Assembly: GCA_965224025.1 (NCBI GenBank)
Contig: OZ245033.1
Location: forward strand, 2,304,001 to 2,368,000
Reading direction: 5' to 3'
DNA: 64,000 bases
Source of the DNA: Candidatus Multivorans sp.
Lineage (GTDB): Bacteria > Acidobacteriota > Thermoanaerobaculia > Multivoradales > Multivoraceae
Shown in pieces: positions 32,668 through 43,060 of this stretch (position 1 is the first letter of the stretch; every line of letters starts with the position of its first letter). The notes under the pieces are model-generated. The model ran no database searches and had not been told where the DNA came from. It was given only the letters and a program-made list of their open reading frames with translations. Made by a program: the position numbers and the translations under genes.

Positions 32668-33996
32668 CTACTCCACGACCAGGACGGTACCGAGCCGGCT
32701 GTCGGCGATGAAGATGCGCGCCCGGGCGTCGACCGCGATGTCCTCCGGCGCCCGCAGCTCCTGGGCGCTCGGGAGGATGGGTCCGATGGTGGCGATGGGT
32801 GTGGCAAACGGATCGTAGACCAGGACCTGGAGCTTTCCCGTGTCGAGCACGTAGCGGTTGCCGAACGGGTCGACATCGAGCGCCACCGGCCGCTTCCATT
32901 CGGCGCGGAAGGACTCCTGGAACCTGCCGTCGGCGCCGAAGCGGAGCACCGATGGGGCTTGCGAGCGGGAACCCGCGTCCAGGACGTGGATGGCGCCGTC
33001 TTCGCCCAAGGCGAGGTCGATGGGCTCGGTCATCGCGGCCACCCGCAGGGTTTCTAGCGGGCGGCCGTCCGGGTCGTAGCGGAGCACTTCGGCGACGCGG
33101 CGCGAGAGCACGGTCCAGTTGCCGAACTCGTCCTGGTGGGCGGCGACGATCCGGTCGAGGGCGCCGGCCCGCGGGCGGGTGAAGGAGACGGTCGCGAGGT
33201 CCTGGAGCCGGGTCACTCCGTCGGCGGTGATCACGGCCGCGGCGCCGCGGGAAGCCTGGCTGGGCCGGACGATCCCGCGGAGGTCGCGGGCCGAGGACGG
33301 CATTCCGCCGGCATCCAGGATCGCCGCCCGGTTCGTGTCGGTGACCAGGAGCTCGCCGTCCGATCCGGCCGCGACTCCACGGGGCTTCTCGATTCCAACC
33401 TGCTCGGGCAGGTAGGGCCGGGACCGGCGCCAGGGTTCCTTTCCGGCCAGCGGGCGCAGGATCAGGCGGTGGATCAGGGTCATCCGCTCGAGCGCCGAAT
33501 CGGCGAGGTCGGTCAAAGGCCCCCCATCGGCGGCTGCGAGGCGTAGCCAGCCTTCCCGCGCCAGCCGTAGATGGTCGACTGCTTCCTGCCAGTCGCCCCT
33601 CGCGAGCAGCAGTTCGCCGAGTTCGAAGTGGGCCCGCGGCGTCCACTCGCTCTCGGCCTCGCGCTCCAGCACCCGCAGCAGCTCGCCGGCGGCTTGCGCC
33701 GCGTCGCCGGTGCGCCGGCCGAGTGCGGCTGCCTCGACCAGGGAGCGGCCGCGAATTGCCGATCGCGGGTGTTCGCTTTGCGGGAACCGCCGACTCAGCG
33801 CCAGCAACTGCCCGCGCGCTTCCACGAGGTCGTCGGTGCTGCGGGCGGTCTGCACGCTGGCGAGAACCGCGTCCACGGCCGCGGCCGCCTCCGGTTCGGC
33901 CGCCTCGTGCTGGGCCGGCAGAGCCGCGGCGACGAAGACAACGCCGACGCCGAGCCAGAGGTCGAGATTCCGGCCGCGCCGGAGGAGGCAGACCAA
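32668..33996 (-). CDS. TPR + NHL-repeat beta-propeller exported protein
   Basis: TPR helices, then NHL repeats (KPRGVAA, EPIDLAL..G.IHVLD, RPVALDVD..GNRYVLD, APEDIAVD..RIFIAD); start uncertain. Confidence 0.78.
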   Translation of the reverse strand: MVCLLRRGRNLDLWLGVGVVFVAAALPAQHEAAEPEAAAAVDAVLASVQTARSTDDLVEARGQLLALSRRFPQSEHPRSAIRGRSLVEAAALGRRTGDAAQAAGELLRVLEREAESEWTPRAHFELGELLLARGDWQEAVDHLRLAREGWLRLAAADGGPLTDLADSALERMTLIHRLILRPLAGKEPWRRSRPYLPEQVGIEKPRGVAAGSDGELLVTDTNRAAILDAGGMPSSARDLRGIVRPSQASRGAAAVITADGVTRLQDLATVSFTRPRAGALDRIVAAHQDEFGNWTVLSRRVAEVLRYDPDGRPLETLRVAAMTEPIDLALGEDGAIHVLDAGSRSQAPSVLRFGADGRFQESFRAEWKRPVALDVDPFGNRYVLDTGKLQVLVYDPFATPIATIGPILPSAQELRAPEDIAVDARARIFIADSRLGTVLVVE

Positions 33997-34024
33997 CCCA
34001 CTCGGCCTGCAGCCGGTCGGGCGG

Positions 34025-35851
34025 CTACGCGTCGAGTTGCTCGTTGAGCCGCTCGTCACTGATCCGTTGGGCGCTTGGCGAGAGAGGGGCATGAATGAGA
34101 ATCAGGTTGGCGCGCGCAATCGCCTTTGCCGCGTCGCCGAGATCCTGGTAGGTGAGCATCTCCTTGTAGAGCACGTCCGCGAGTCTGTTCAACTGCCCTT
34201 CGACCTCGCCCGCGTAGGGGCCGTCCGGGAAGCGCTCGAGATACTCCGACCCGCTTGTGATGTCGTCGTAGTCGGCGACCAATTTGCCCAGCCGATCCTC
34301 GGCTCGCTCGCCCAGTTCGGGGTCGCGTTGCTGGAGGGCCAGATGCTGGAGCGAGCCAAGACGGGTGAGCACCGGCGCCAGGTTGCGCAGCCCGCGCTGG
34401 GCGGCGGCCGCCGGACTGTCTCCGTCTTCCTCGATGGCCTCGGCCGGTTCCGATTCCCAGGCCTTGAGGAAATGCTCCACCGCGTCCGTCTCGCGGCCGA
34501 GCCGGCTGTAGGAGATCCCCAGCAGCAGGGCCACCCTGGGCGCCCGCGGAGAGTCGGGATAGTTGGAGAGGAATGCCTCGAGGAAGGGAGTCTCGAATAC
34601 GCCCCGGTCGAGGATCCCGATCGACTGGCCGTAGAGCTCTTCCGACTGGCGGCGAAGATCGGCCAGCTCGTTGCTGAGCACCGCCAGGAAGGGCGAGTCG
34701 GGGGTCAGGGCGCGCACGTTCTCCATCTGCCGGCGGTAGGCGGCGGTCACGCGGCCGAAGTCTCGCGAGGTGGCCAGACGCTCCAGTTCGACATCGCGAA
34801 GCTTGTGCAGCTTGTCGAGCCGCAACGACTCGGCGGCAGTGCCGGAGGGCCAGGCGTGAAGCGCCAGCTCCCCCAGCAGCTCGATTTCGGGCGACATTGG
34901 TGGCTGTCCCTGCGGGCCGCTGCGCCGCCGCTCCGTCGTCCCGCGTGCCCCGAACTCGAGTAGAACCGTCTGCGTCTCGGCGCGGTACGCATCGACTTCT
35001 TCGGAGGGCGCCGGCGCCAGGGTCGCCAGGTAGCGGCCGCGGGCTTCGGCGGCGTGGACGCGCGAGTCGAAGAAGGGGTGCGTCTGCCAGTAGCCGAGGA
35101 GGTTCAACTGCGAGATGCGTTCGCCCATCCTGGCCATCAACCGCGCCAGCCCGTTCGGGTCGAAGCCGGCGGCGGCCGCGTAGCGCTGCCCCTCCTCGTC
35201 GCTCTGGTCCTCGTGCTCGCGGGAGTAGCTGCGCATGAGCAGTTCGGTGAGCACCATGCCGCCGGTGAGAGCCGCCTGGGCGGCGGCGGCGGTCGACCCT
35301 TGGTCGCGCGTGTAGCCGTAGGGACCGACGTAGCCGTCGTCCCTGTCGGCCGCGCTGGCCGCGATCAGGCCCACGGAGAGCAGCGAACTCGCCACATTGA
35401 GCCAGGTCGCGCGCTTCTTCTGCTTCAGGAAGTGCTCTGAGGTGACATGCGCGATCTCGTGGCCGAGGAGCGCGGCCAGCATGTCATCCGAGAGCCCGAG
35501 GTCGAGCATGCCTCGGGTGACGAAGATCTGCCCGGCGGGTAGGGCGAAGGCGTTGGGAAGCGGCGTGTCGACGACCGCGAATGTAAAAGGATAACGGTCG
35601 AAATCAGAGTGATAGGCCACGCGGTAGCCGATCCGGTTGACCCGTTCCTGCGCCTCCGGGTCGTCGAGCAGCCCGTACTGCTTCACCGCCTGGGCGGCGG
35701 CGGCCAGGCTCTTCTGGAACAGGGCGGGATTCGAGATCTCGACGGCGGGCGCGGCCGTTGCATTCACGAGACACCAGACCAGGGCGACGGCGGTTGCGGA
35801 CCGCGCGGATGCCCTGGCGTGGGATGTTGGGTGGCTGCGTCGCACGCTCAT
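34025..35851 (-). CDS. M48 family zinc metalloprotease (BepA-like) with C-terminal TPRs
   Basis: PNAFALPAGQIFVTRG, HEIAH, YSREHEDQSD, THP motifs. Confidence 0.9.
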   Translation of the reverse strand: MSVRRSHPTSHARASARSATAVALVWCLVNATAAPAVEISNPALFQKSLAAAAQAVKQYGLLDDPEAQERVNRIGYRVAYHSDFDRYPFTFAVVDTPLPNAFALPAGQIFVTRGMLDLGLSDDMLAALLGHEIAHVTSEHFLKQKKRATWLNVASSLLSVGLIAASAADRDDGYVGPYGYTRDQGSTAAAAQAALTGGMVLTELLMRSYSREHEDQSDEEGQRYAAAAGFDPNGLARLMARMGERISQLNLLGYWQTHPFFDSRVHAAEARGRYLATLAPAPSEEVDAYRAETQTVLLEFGARGTTERRRSGPQGQPPMSPEIELLGELALHAWPSGTAAESLRLDKLHKLRDVELERLATSRDFGRVTAAYRRQMENVRALTPDSPFLAVLSNELADLRRQSEELYGQSIGILDRGVFETPFLEAFLSNYPDSPRAPRVALLLGISYSRLGRETDAVEHFLKAWESEPAEAIEEDGDSPAAAAQRGLRNLAPVLTRLGSLQHLALQQRDPELGERAEDRLGKLVADYDDITSGSEYLERFPDGPYAGEVEGQLNRLADVLYKEMLTYQDLGDAAKAIARANLILIHAPLSPSAQRISDERLNEQLDA

Positions 35852-35895
35852 AGGATACCGCTGTGGCGGCCTCACAGCCGGTCGAGGCGTTGGCG

Positions 35896-36558
35896 ATGGC
35901 GGCGCGGAGCAGCCGCGGCCATGAGCCTTGGGTGTTCTACCCGCGCGATGGCCGCTGGCGGTGGTGGTCGTTTCAGCGCGGCTGGACCGAGGTCGAGCGC
36001 TGGCGGGCGGCGCTGGAGAGCGGTGAACGACCATCGGTCGACCGGATCCCGGCGCCCCAGTCCTCTCCGCAGGCGCTCTGTTGCCACCTCGCGGCGGCCT
36101 CGGCGGAGACCGTCGCTGCCGCTGTCTTCGACGAATTGCTGGCGCCGCGGCAGCCGGCGCGGGAGATCGTCGTCGTCACCCCGCCCGCGTCGGCGTCGCC
36201 GTCGCGGCTGGACAGCCTGGCCGTGCCGTGGCTGCATTGGTGCTGTGCGAATCTGGCGGTGCTGGTGCTCGAACCGAGCCGCGAGGCGCTGGTCGGTTCG
36301 GTGCTGTGGTGCCGGCCGACGGTGCTCCTTGCCGGCATGGCGCAGGAGCGCGCGCTCGCCGCCGCGGTGCGGGAGCGGAGCCGGAACCGTGAACGCCGGG
36401 CCGCGGCGATGCTCGACCGGCTCCGTGTCCTCCTGGTTGCGGCAGAAGATCCGGAGGACGGCGGCGAAGCGCCGGATACGGCCGCCTCGTGGCGCGCCTG
36501 GGGCGTCGAGCGGCGGTTCGTGTGTCGTGAGGACTCTGGATCGCCCTCTCGCCGGTGA
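35896..36558 (+). CDS. Hypothetical protein (weak resemblance to the N-terminal part of AMP-binding enzymes)
   Basis: ORF fills the gap before dctP with plausible codon usage; no catalytic motifs seen. Confidence 0.45.
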   Translation: MAARSSRGHEPWVFYPRDGRWRWWSFQRGWTEVERWRAALESGERPSVDRIPAPQSSPQALCCHLAAASAETVAAAVFDELLAPRQPAREIVVVTPPASASPSRLDSLAVPWLHWCCANLAVLVLEPSREALVGSVLWCRPTVLLAGMAQERALAAAVRERSRNRERRAAAMLDRLRVLLVAAEDPEDGGEAPDTAASWRAWGVERRFVCREDSGSPSRR

Positions 36559-36659
36559 CGCCCGCCGGGGCCGGGCCGTTGATACAGTGCCGGCAGTTGA
36601 ACACTGCAGGTCGGAGCGGCGCGGATGCGCCCCCGGCCGGTGCCCGAAGGAGGCCCAGG

Positions 36660-37712
36660 ATGAAGTTCCGGTTCTCGCCGCTGCTGGCGCTGCTCCTGAT
36701 TGCTGCGGCCGTAACCGCGCCGGCCGGCGCCGCGGGCTTTGCCATCAAGATGGCGACGCTGTCGCCCGACGGTTCGCCCTGGGATGGTTTCTTCGACACC
36801 ATGGGCCGCGATTGGGAGAAGGGCACCGATGGCCGGGTGAGCCTGACGGTCTATCCCGGCGGCGTGGCCGGAGACGAGCCGGACATCCTGCGCAAGATGA
36901 AGATCGGCCAGTACCACGCGGCCGCTCTTTCGGTCAGCGGTCTGGCCGACATCTCCAAGGACTTCACCGTCTTCGAGATACCCCTCTTCTTCCGCTCGGA
37001 GCAGGAGATGTTCCATGTCCTTGGGGAACTGACTCCCGGCTTGCGGGCGAAGCTGGACGAGAAGGGCTTCGTGCTCCTGGGCTGGGGCTACGTGGGGCAG
37101 GTGCATTTCTTCACGAATCGGCGGGCGCGCACCGTCGAGGAGATGCAGCGGCTCAAGATCTTCACCTGGGCCGGCGACGAGGCGATGACGGACTGGTGGC
37201 GGCGGGGCGGCTTCAAGCCGGTGGCGCTGGCCGCCACCGACATCGTCACCGGTCTGCAGACCGGCATGATCGATGCCCTCGCGGTGCCGCCGATCTACGC
37301 CATGTCGGTTCAGTTCTTCAAGCGGGCGAAGTACTTCGCCGATATTCCGCTGATCCCCATGATGGGCGCCATCGTGGTCACCAAGCGGGCCTGGAACCGT
37401 GTCTCGGAGGCGGATCGGAAGGTGCTGGTCGAGGGCGGCCAGCGGGCCGAGAACCGGATCTTCGAGACGATCCCCAGCATCGAGCAGGCGACGATCAAGC
37501 TGATGGCAAGCCAGGGGCTGGAAGTCGTTCCGATCGTGGGCACGGAGGTGGAGGACGACTGGAAGCGCATCGCCAATGACTTCGCCGAGGACATGCGCGG
37601 GAAGACGGTCCCGGAGGCGATCTTCGACCGGGCGACGGCGGTGCGGGACGCGTACCGCAAGCAGCAGGAGGCCGAAGCGGCCGCGCCTGCCGCCTCGGAC
37701 AGCGGCCGGTAG
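36660..37712 (+). CDS. dctP: TRAP transporter substrate-binding protein
   Basis: Signal peptide; IKMATLSPDGSPW, YPGGVAGDE, LQTGMID. Confidence 0.92.
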   Translation: MKFRFSPLLALLLIAAAVTAPAGAAGFAIKMATLSPDGSPWDGFFDTMGRDWEKGTDGRVSLTVYPGGVAGDEPDILRKMKIGQYHAAALSVSGLADISKDFTVFEIPLFFRSEQEMFHVLGELTPGLRAKLDEKGFVLLGWGYVGQVHFFTNRRARTVEEMQRLKIFTWAGDEAMTDWWRRGGFKPVALAATDIVTGLQTGMIDALAVPPIYAMSVQFFKRAKYFADIPLIPMMGAIVVTKRAWNRVSEADRKVLVEGGQRAENRIFETIPSIEQATIKLMASQGLEVVPIVGTEVEDDWKRIANDFAEDMRGKTVPEAIFDRATAVRDAYRKQQEAEAAAPAASDSGR

Positions 37713-37740
37713 CAGCTTGCGCCGCTGGAATCGCAGCCCC

Positions 37741-37855
37741 CTGGGAACCCGTGTGGCGCGATTCCGCGCCACACGCGAACCACTCCGTGCGCCCGTCGGC
37801 GGGCGCACGGATGGAACGCGGGCATCCTGCCCGCATTCGGCGCGAAGCGCCGGCC
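37741..37855. repeat. Composite repeat: family B (37748-37814) inserted into a family A copy
   Basis: ctgggaac [B] ggaacgcgggcatcctgcccgcattcggcg; ggaac is present on both sides of B. Confidence 0.8.
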
Positions 37856-37865
37856 GGGTCTTCGC

Positions 37866-39701
37866 TTGACGGAGAGCGTCGCCGCGGCCCGGCTCAGGGC
37901 CCCGGTGCGCTTTCTCCATCGCGTCGAGGACGGCCTCTCGAGCGTGCTGCTGGCCGCCATGGTGCTGCTGCCTCTGGCGGAGATCGTCGTCCGCCAGACC
38001 GGCACCGGCATTCCCGGCGCGCTTCCCTTCGAACAGCACCTGACCCTCTGGATCGCGTTCCTGGGCGCGGCCCTGGCGGCGCGCGAAGGGCGCCTGCTGG
38101 CCCTGGCCACCGGGACCCTGCTCCCCAAGGGCCGGTTTCGGAGCGCGGCTGCGGTTCTGACCGGCGGCGTCAGCGCGATGGTGGCGACGCTGCTGGGGCT
38201 GTCCAGCCTGGAACTGGTGCAGATAGAGCGCGAGGGCGGTATCGAGATGGCGGCCGGCGTACCCGTTTGGGTGGGGCAGGCGATCATGCCGGTCGGTTTC
38301 GGGCTGCTGGCGCTGCGGCTGGCGTGGAAGTCGTCGGATCGCCGGCTGGGGCGCGGTCTGGCGATGCTCGGGATCGCGCTGGGATTCTGGATCAACGCGA
38401 ACGCGGACGCCTTCGCCGATGGCACGGCGGTGCCCTGGCTGGTGCTGATTCTGGCTTCGACGCTGCTCGGGGGGCCTATCTTCGCCGCTCTTGGCGGAGC
38501 GGCGGTGTTCCTGTTCCTCGCCGACTGGGTGCCGCTCGCCGCCATCCCGGCGGAGAGCTACCGGCTCGCCGTCTCGCCGACCCTGGCGGCTATTCCGCTG
38601 TTCACGCTGACCGGGTTCCTGCTCGCCGAGGGCGGCGCGTCCGAACGGCTGTTGCGCGTCTTCCGCGCGATGTTCGGCTGGGCGCCGGGCGGGACGGCGG
38701 TGGTCTGCGCCGTCGTGTGCGCGTTCTTCACCGTGTTCACCGGCGGTTCCGGCGTGACCATCCTGGCGCTCGGGGGCGTTCTCTTCGCCGCCCTCTCGGC
38801 GGACGGCTATCGCGAGCGGTTCTCGCTCGGGCTCCTGACCTCGTCCGGATCCCTGGGTCTCCTGCTGCCGCCGGCCCTGCCGCTGATCCTGTTCGGCATC
38901 GTCGCGCAGGTGCCGATCGAGGACCTGTTCATCGGCGGCCTGCTGCCGGGCATGTTGTTGATCCTGCTGATCGCTGCCTGGGGTGTGCGGGAGGGCCTGC
39001 GCGGCGGCGCCCGCCGAAGCCGCACCTCGGTTGCCGAGATTGGTCGCGCCGTGTGGGCCGGCAAGTGGGAGCTGTTGCTGCCGGTAGTCATTCTGTTTGC
39101 GATCTTCAGCGGTGTGGCGACCCTGGTCGAGTCGGCCGCCCTGGCTGCTCTCTACGCCTTCATCGTCCAGTGCGTGATCCACCGCGACCTGAAGGTGGGG
39201 AAGCCGCTGATCGCGGTGTTCCGGCAGTGCACGGTGCTGGTCGGCGGCGTGCTGATCATCCTGGTGGTGGCGATGGGGCTCACGAGCTGGCTGGTGGATG
39301 CCCAGGCGGCCCAACATCTGGTCGAGCTGGTGCAGGACAACATCGAATCGAAGATCCTCTTCCTGCTGCTGCTCAACGTCTTTCTGCTCCTGGTCGGCTG
39401 CCTGATGGACATCTTCTCGGCCACCGTCGTCGTCGTACCCCTGATCATCCCGATCGGTCTGGCCTTCGGGGTCGACCCGATCCACCTCGGAATCATCTTC
39501 GTGGCCAACCTGGAGCTGGGCTACCTGACGCCGCCGGTGGGTCTCAACCTGTTCCTGGCGTCCTACCGCTTCGAGCGGCCGCTGCTTGTGATCTACCGGG
39601 CCGCGGTGCCCGCACTCGTCATACTCGGCGTCGGCGTGCTGCTGATCACCTACGTACCGGTTCTGACCCTGGGCCTGCTTGAGTTGTTGGGGAGATCGTG
39701 A
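37866..39701 (+). CDS. dctM: TRAP transporter fused small/large permease (DctQ-DctM)
   Basis: DctQ-like 4-TM N-terminus followed by DctM motifs AIPLF, TGGSG, GSLGLLLPP, GYLTPPVGLNLF. Confidence 0.92.
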   Translation: MTESVAAARLRAPVRFLHRVEDGLSSVLLAAMVLLPLAEIVVRQTGTGIPGALPFEQHLTLWIAFLGAALAAREGRLLALATGTLLPKGRFRSAAAVLTGGVSAMVATLLGLSSLELVQIEREGGIEMAAGVPVWVGQAIMPVGFGLLALRLAWKSSDRRLGRGLAMLGIALGFWINANADAFADGTAVPWLVLILASTLLGGPIFAALGGAAVFLFLADWVPLAAIPAESYRLAVSPTLAAIPLFTLTGFLLAEGGASERLLRVFRAMFGWAPGGTAVVCAVVCAFFTVFTGGSGVTILALGGVLFAALSADGYRERFSLGLLTSSGSLGLLLPPALPLILFGIVAQVPIEDLFIGGLLPGMLLILLIAAWGVREGLRGGARRSRTSVAEIGRAVWAGKWELLLPVVILFAIFSGVATLVESAALAALYAFIVQCVIHRDLKVGKPLIAVFRQCTVLVGGVLIILVVAMGLTSWLVDAQAAQHLVELVQDNIESKILFLLLLNVFLLLVGCLMDIFSATVVVVPLIIPIGLAFGVDPIHLGIIFVANLELGYLTPPVGLNLFLASYRFERPLLVIYRAAVPALVILGVGVLLITYVPVLTLGLLELLGRS

Positions 39702-39767
39702 ACCCTGTTCTTCTTCTGGTTTCAGCCGCGGCGACCACGCCGCCCGGAACGTGAAGGGCGGAGCGGT

Positions 39768-40352
39768 ATGAGATTCCGGACGGCTACGACGAACTGGAAG
39801 CGCCTGCAGTCGGTCGCCGTCGTCTGGTCCACCGTCTTCGTGGTCGCCGCGATCCTGGCCGTGGTGGGTGTCCAGATCGTGCCGCGCGACGTTTCGGGGC
39901 TGGTCGGATCGTTGCACGTGCTGGTGGCGGCGATCGGTTTCTTCTGCGGCGTCGCGGCGACCCGGCGCCGGGCGGAGGTCGAGGCGGAACGATGGGAGCG
40001 CGTCGAGGACTCGGATCTCACCACGAGCGAGCGGGAGCACGCCCACCGGGAGGCGGAATCGGACCTGAAGCGGGCGAGCGCCCAGTTCCTGCTCGCCGGC
40101 GTGACCCTGGGGGGCTGGCTCGCCTACCAGTTGCGTGCCGAACGTCCGGAAGCCGGCGCCGCGGTCACGGAGCTTCTCGGCGGCGAGGCGCCCGAGGTGC
40201 CCGCTTCCGTCGAGACGCTGACGGAGACCCTGGCTGCTGAGCCCGTGTACAGCGTCAGCGCGTCCGATCTGCTCATCGCGACGCCGCTCATCGCCTTCGG
40301 TCTCGGCATGCTGTGGGCGCGATACCGGGTACCCGGGCCCTATGGGGGTTGA
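39768..40352 (+). CDS. Hypothetical membrane protein
   Basis: Four hydrophobic segments; RBS ggag upstream. Confidence 0.7.
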   Translation: MRFRTATTNWKRLQSVAVVWSTVFVVAAILAVVGVQIVPRDVSGLVGSLHVLVAAIGFFCGVAATRRRAEVEAERWERVEDSDLTTSEREHAHREAESDLKRASAQFLLAGVTLGGWLAYQLRAERPEAGAAVTELLGGEAPEVPASVETLTETLAAEPVYSVSASDLLIATPLIAFGLGMLWARYRVPGPYGG

Positions 40353-40599
40353 CGAGATCCTCGATGGATGGTCGCCGCGCAGCCGTCCAAGAAGCCAGAG
40401 TGGCCTCAGAGAGTCTTGTCCAGTCCTGGAACGAGCCAGACGGGACCGTGCTTGAGAGAAGAGCCGGTCGCGAGGAAGAAGGACTCTGAAGCTGTAGATG
40501 GCGCGTCAGCGGGGTCAGTCGCCCCGGGTTGGGCCTCGAGGTTGGCGGGAAGCAGCGGTTGGTGCTTCGGCTGGTGCGGACGGCGGCACGGGGACCAGG

Positions 40600-41335
40600 T
40601 ACAGATGGCTGCTGGATAGCCCCGCCAGACGCTCGAACCGCGCATCGCCGAAGACCTACGCGGTCTTCGAACCGACCGGCCGCTACCACCGCCGGCTGCA
40701 CCAGTGCCTTGCCGCGGACGGCTTGCGAAACTGCTCTGGTGCAACCGGCCCGTGCTCGTCGGTTCGCCCAGGCGTTCGGCAAACTCGCCAAGACGGATCG
40801 CGTCCATGCGACGATGTTGGCCCGGCTGGGACGTCTGGACGGGATGGAGGCGACGCCGCCAACGGCGCAGAGCCTCTATAGGCTCAAGGATCTCGTGCTG
40901 ATCCGTCGGCGATTTGTCGACGAACGCGCCGACCTGGGGAGGTTGGCTTCGGAACTCGAATCCAAGGCCGGTCTGCGGCAGGTACGGCTGCAACTGCGCT
41001 GTCTCGCCAACCGCGTTGCGGCGCTCGACCGGGACAAGCACCAGGGCCGTCGCCACGTGCGAGGCGGTCGCACTGCGCCTAGGCGAGCCATGTACATGGC
41101 TCGTCTGGCGGCCGTCCGCTTCAATCCCCCTCAGCGCGACTTCTACCGCCGATTCCGCGAAGCCGGCAAGGAACACAACGTGGCCCTCGTCGCGGTCATG
41201 AGAAAGCTCGTCATTCTCGCCAACGTCCTGTTGCAGCAAAGATCGCCTCTGGCTACCCCAACCGCCACCGCCGCCGAAGGCCGCAGAAACGCTCGAATGC
41301 TCCGGCCACCTGGCATCTTGACAACACGGTTGCTC
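40600..41335 (+). mobile_element. Degenerate IS110 family transposase relic
   Basis: AVFEPTGRYHRRL (frameshifted), ARRFAQAFGKLAKTDRVHA and GGRTAPRRAMYMA...NP...FYRR...GK...ALVAVMRKL; the central region is deleted. Boundaries approximate. Confidence 0.85.
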
Positions 41336-41359
41336 ATCTCTCGTGGGACAAGGCTTGCT

Positions 41360-42660
41360 CAAGTCCAATCCAATCCTGAAATGAGCCTGAACGGGACGGT
41401 CGTTGGGAAGTGATCTGGTCCGGTTCCGGGAAGGTTCTGGAGCGGCAGACGGAGCGTCAGCGGAGTCTGCCGCCTAAAAGGTTGGGCCCGCTCGGCGGGC
41501 GGCGAGTACCGGCTGGGGCGCCGGCGGTCTGGGTTTCGGGTTGCATGGAGTTCAAGCGCTTCGTCGGCGGTGAGGGTCGGACTCTCGGTCGATGAGGTCG
41601 AAGAGTCTGGCACGAGCCTGGTTGAGAGCGAGGGCGGCATCGAGATCGCTTTCGGCCTTGGCTTGTTCTTCGAGGGCGGCGATGGTGAGGCCAGACTTCA
41701 GGTACTGCTCGACGTCGGGCAGGGACTTGAGCTTCTCGAACGGCGTCATCGTGTCCTGGTATCGGTAGCGGCTGGTCTTCTTTCCGCGCCGGTCGACAAC
41801 CTCGGTGGGGAACAGGCACGGGCGGTGGAAGTTCAGGTAGGGCGTTAGTGTTAGGGTGTCGCGGGAGAAGACGTTGACCTCGCGGGCGAACAGCTTCGGG
41901 ATGTGTCCGTAGCCGAAGTAGCGCCGGATCACGTTGCCGTTCTTGGACTCGACCAGCGCGTTGTCGTTGCTGTAGCGCGGCCGCGACTTGGTGAACTCCT
42001 CGACATGCAGGTTGGTCAACATCTCGGCCACGCGGTGGTTGATGTACTCCGATCCGTTGTCGGCGTGAAAGCCCAACACCCTGAACGGACAAGACTTGAT
42101 CGACTCCTCGAGCATCCGAAGCAGAAAGCGCTCCGAGATCGCCCGCACCGTGCCCACGTGCTCCCACTGCGTGACCTCGTCCACCAGGTTGATGTGGAAC
42201 ACGCCTTTCCGGCCGTCCTTCTCCCCCTGATCCACGGTGTCCACGCGCAGAAAGCCCGGCCGGCCCGAGGGCGCGGGCTTGCGCCGCTCGGCGATCCCGA
42301 CCTGCCGCGCCTTCGTCTTCCTGAAGACCGTGCGGCGCCGACTGTAGGCGGTCGAGTTGCGCAGGTTGTAGAAATGGCCGTTCGAGATCACAGCCAAGCG
42401 CTCGAAGCGCTCGTCGCCGTACTCCTCGACCATCCTCCGCATCACCGCCCGCGTGGCGTGGCCGCACATCTGGCCCAGCGCCGCATCGACCTCCGCCAAC
42501 AAGCCGATGTCGGCCTTGGTGAACCGCGCCTTGACGAGTAGGCGGACGACCGATCCGTATGCCGAAAGCTCGCCTCTCCGCCCGAGGACACGAACTCACG
42601 TACTTGATCCAGGGTCTGAAGACGGTGCGTCTGTAGCGACACGATCATCCTCCGATGATC
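41360..42660 (-). mobile_element. IS relic with integrase-core (DDE) transposase, frameshifted/deleted near the N-terminus
   Basis: ORF 41552..42502 has PGFLRVDTV, FHADNGSEYIN, SRPRYSNDNALVESKNG, NFHRPC; its N-terminus (MIVSLQTHRLQTLDQVREF, 42648) is in another frame. Boundaries approximate. Confidence 0.8.
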
Positions 42661-42743
42661 CCCGATCCCACCGGCTCACGCTCACCTCTCGCTGGATTCA
42701 CGCTCCCCGTTCACGCTCACTTCTCGCTGGACAGCACGGGCGC

Positions 42744-42771
42744 TTGACAGGCTTGACAGCCGTGCTAAAGT
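42744..42771 (+). promoter_or_regulatory. Putative sigma70 promoter for the small-peptide cassette
   Basis: TTGACA (42744-42749), 16 nt spacer, TGc-TAAAGT (extended -10); RBS AGGAGG at 42786-42791. Confidence 0.5.
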
Positions 42772-42798
42772 AATGGCCACACAACAGGAGGTCCTCCA

Positions 42799-43060
42799 AT
42801 AGAGGAAAGACAGTTGCTTCCGGGGCGCGCTACTGAGCGCGCTGTTCTTCGCTCTGATCGTCGGCGGCACGCCGAGCATCGCTGTAGCCCAAGCTCCTAC
42901 CGGAGTGGAGGTTGTCTGCGGCGGTCCGTTGACGATCTTGTCGTGCGCGGAGAAGCTGTGGCGCTGCGTGTTCAAGAACGGTCGGCCCGTCGGCGAGTGC
43001 GGTCGAGAATACGTCGATTGTATCGGTCCGTGGGGCGGTCCACACTTGGGCGGTGCCTAA
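42799..43060 (+). pseudogene. Small secreted Cys-rich peptide, start codon apparently broken (ATAG instead of ATG)
   Basis: Frame 42803-43060 reads RKDSCFRGALLSALFFALIVGGTPSIAVAQAPTGVEVVCGGPLTILSCAEKLWRCVFKNGRPVGECGREYVDCIGPWGGPHLGGA; AGGAGG lies 7 nt before ATAG; not in the ORF track. Confidence 0.6.

Noticed and set aside
35973-40046. 1357-aa minus-strand ORF and other long antisense/alternate-frame ORFs (e.g. 3664..6747, 9604..11892, 25863..27893, 57757..59682)
   Set aside because: Shadow ORFs of well-supported genes in a high-GC genome; Arg/Gly/Pro-rich, with no motifs.
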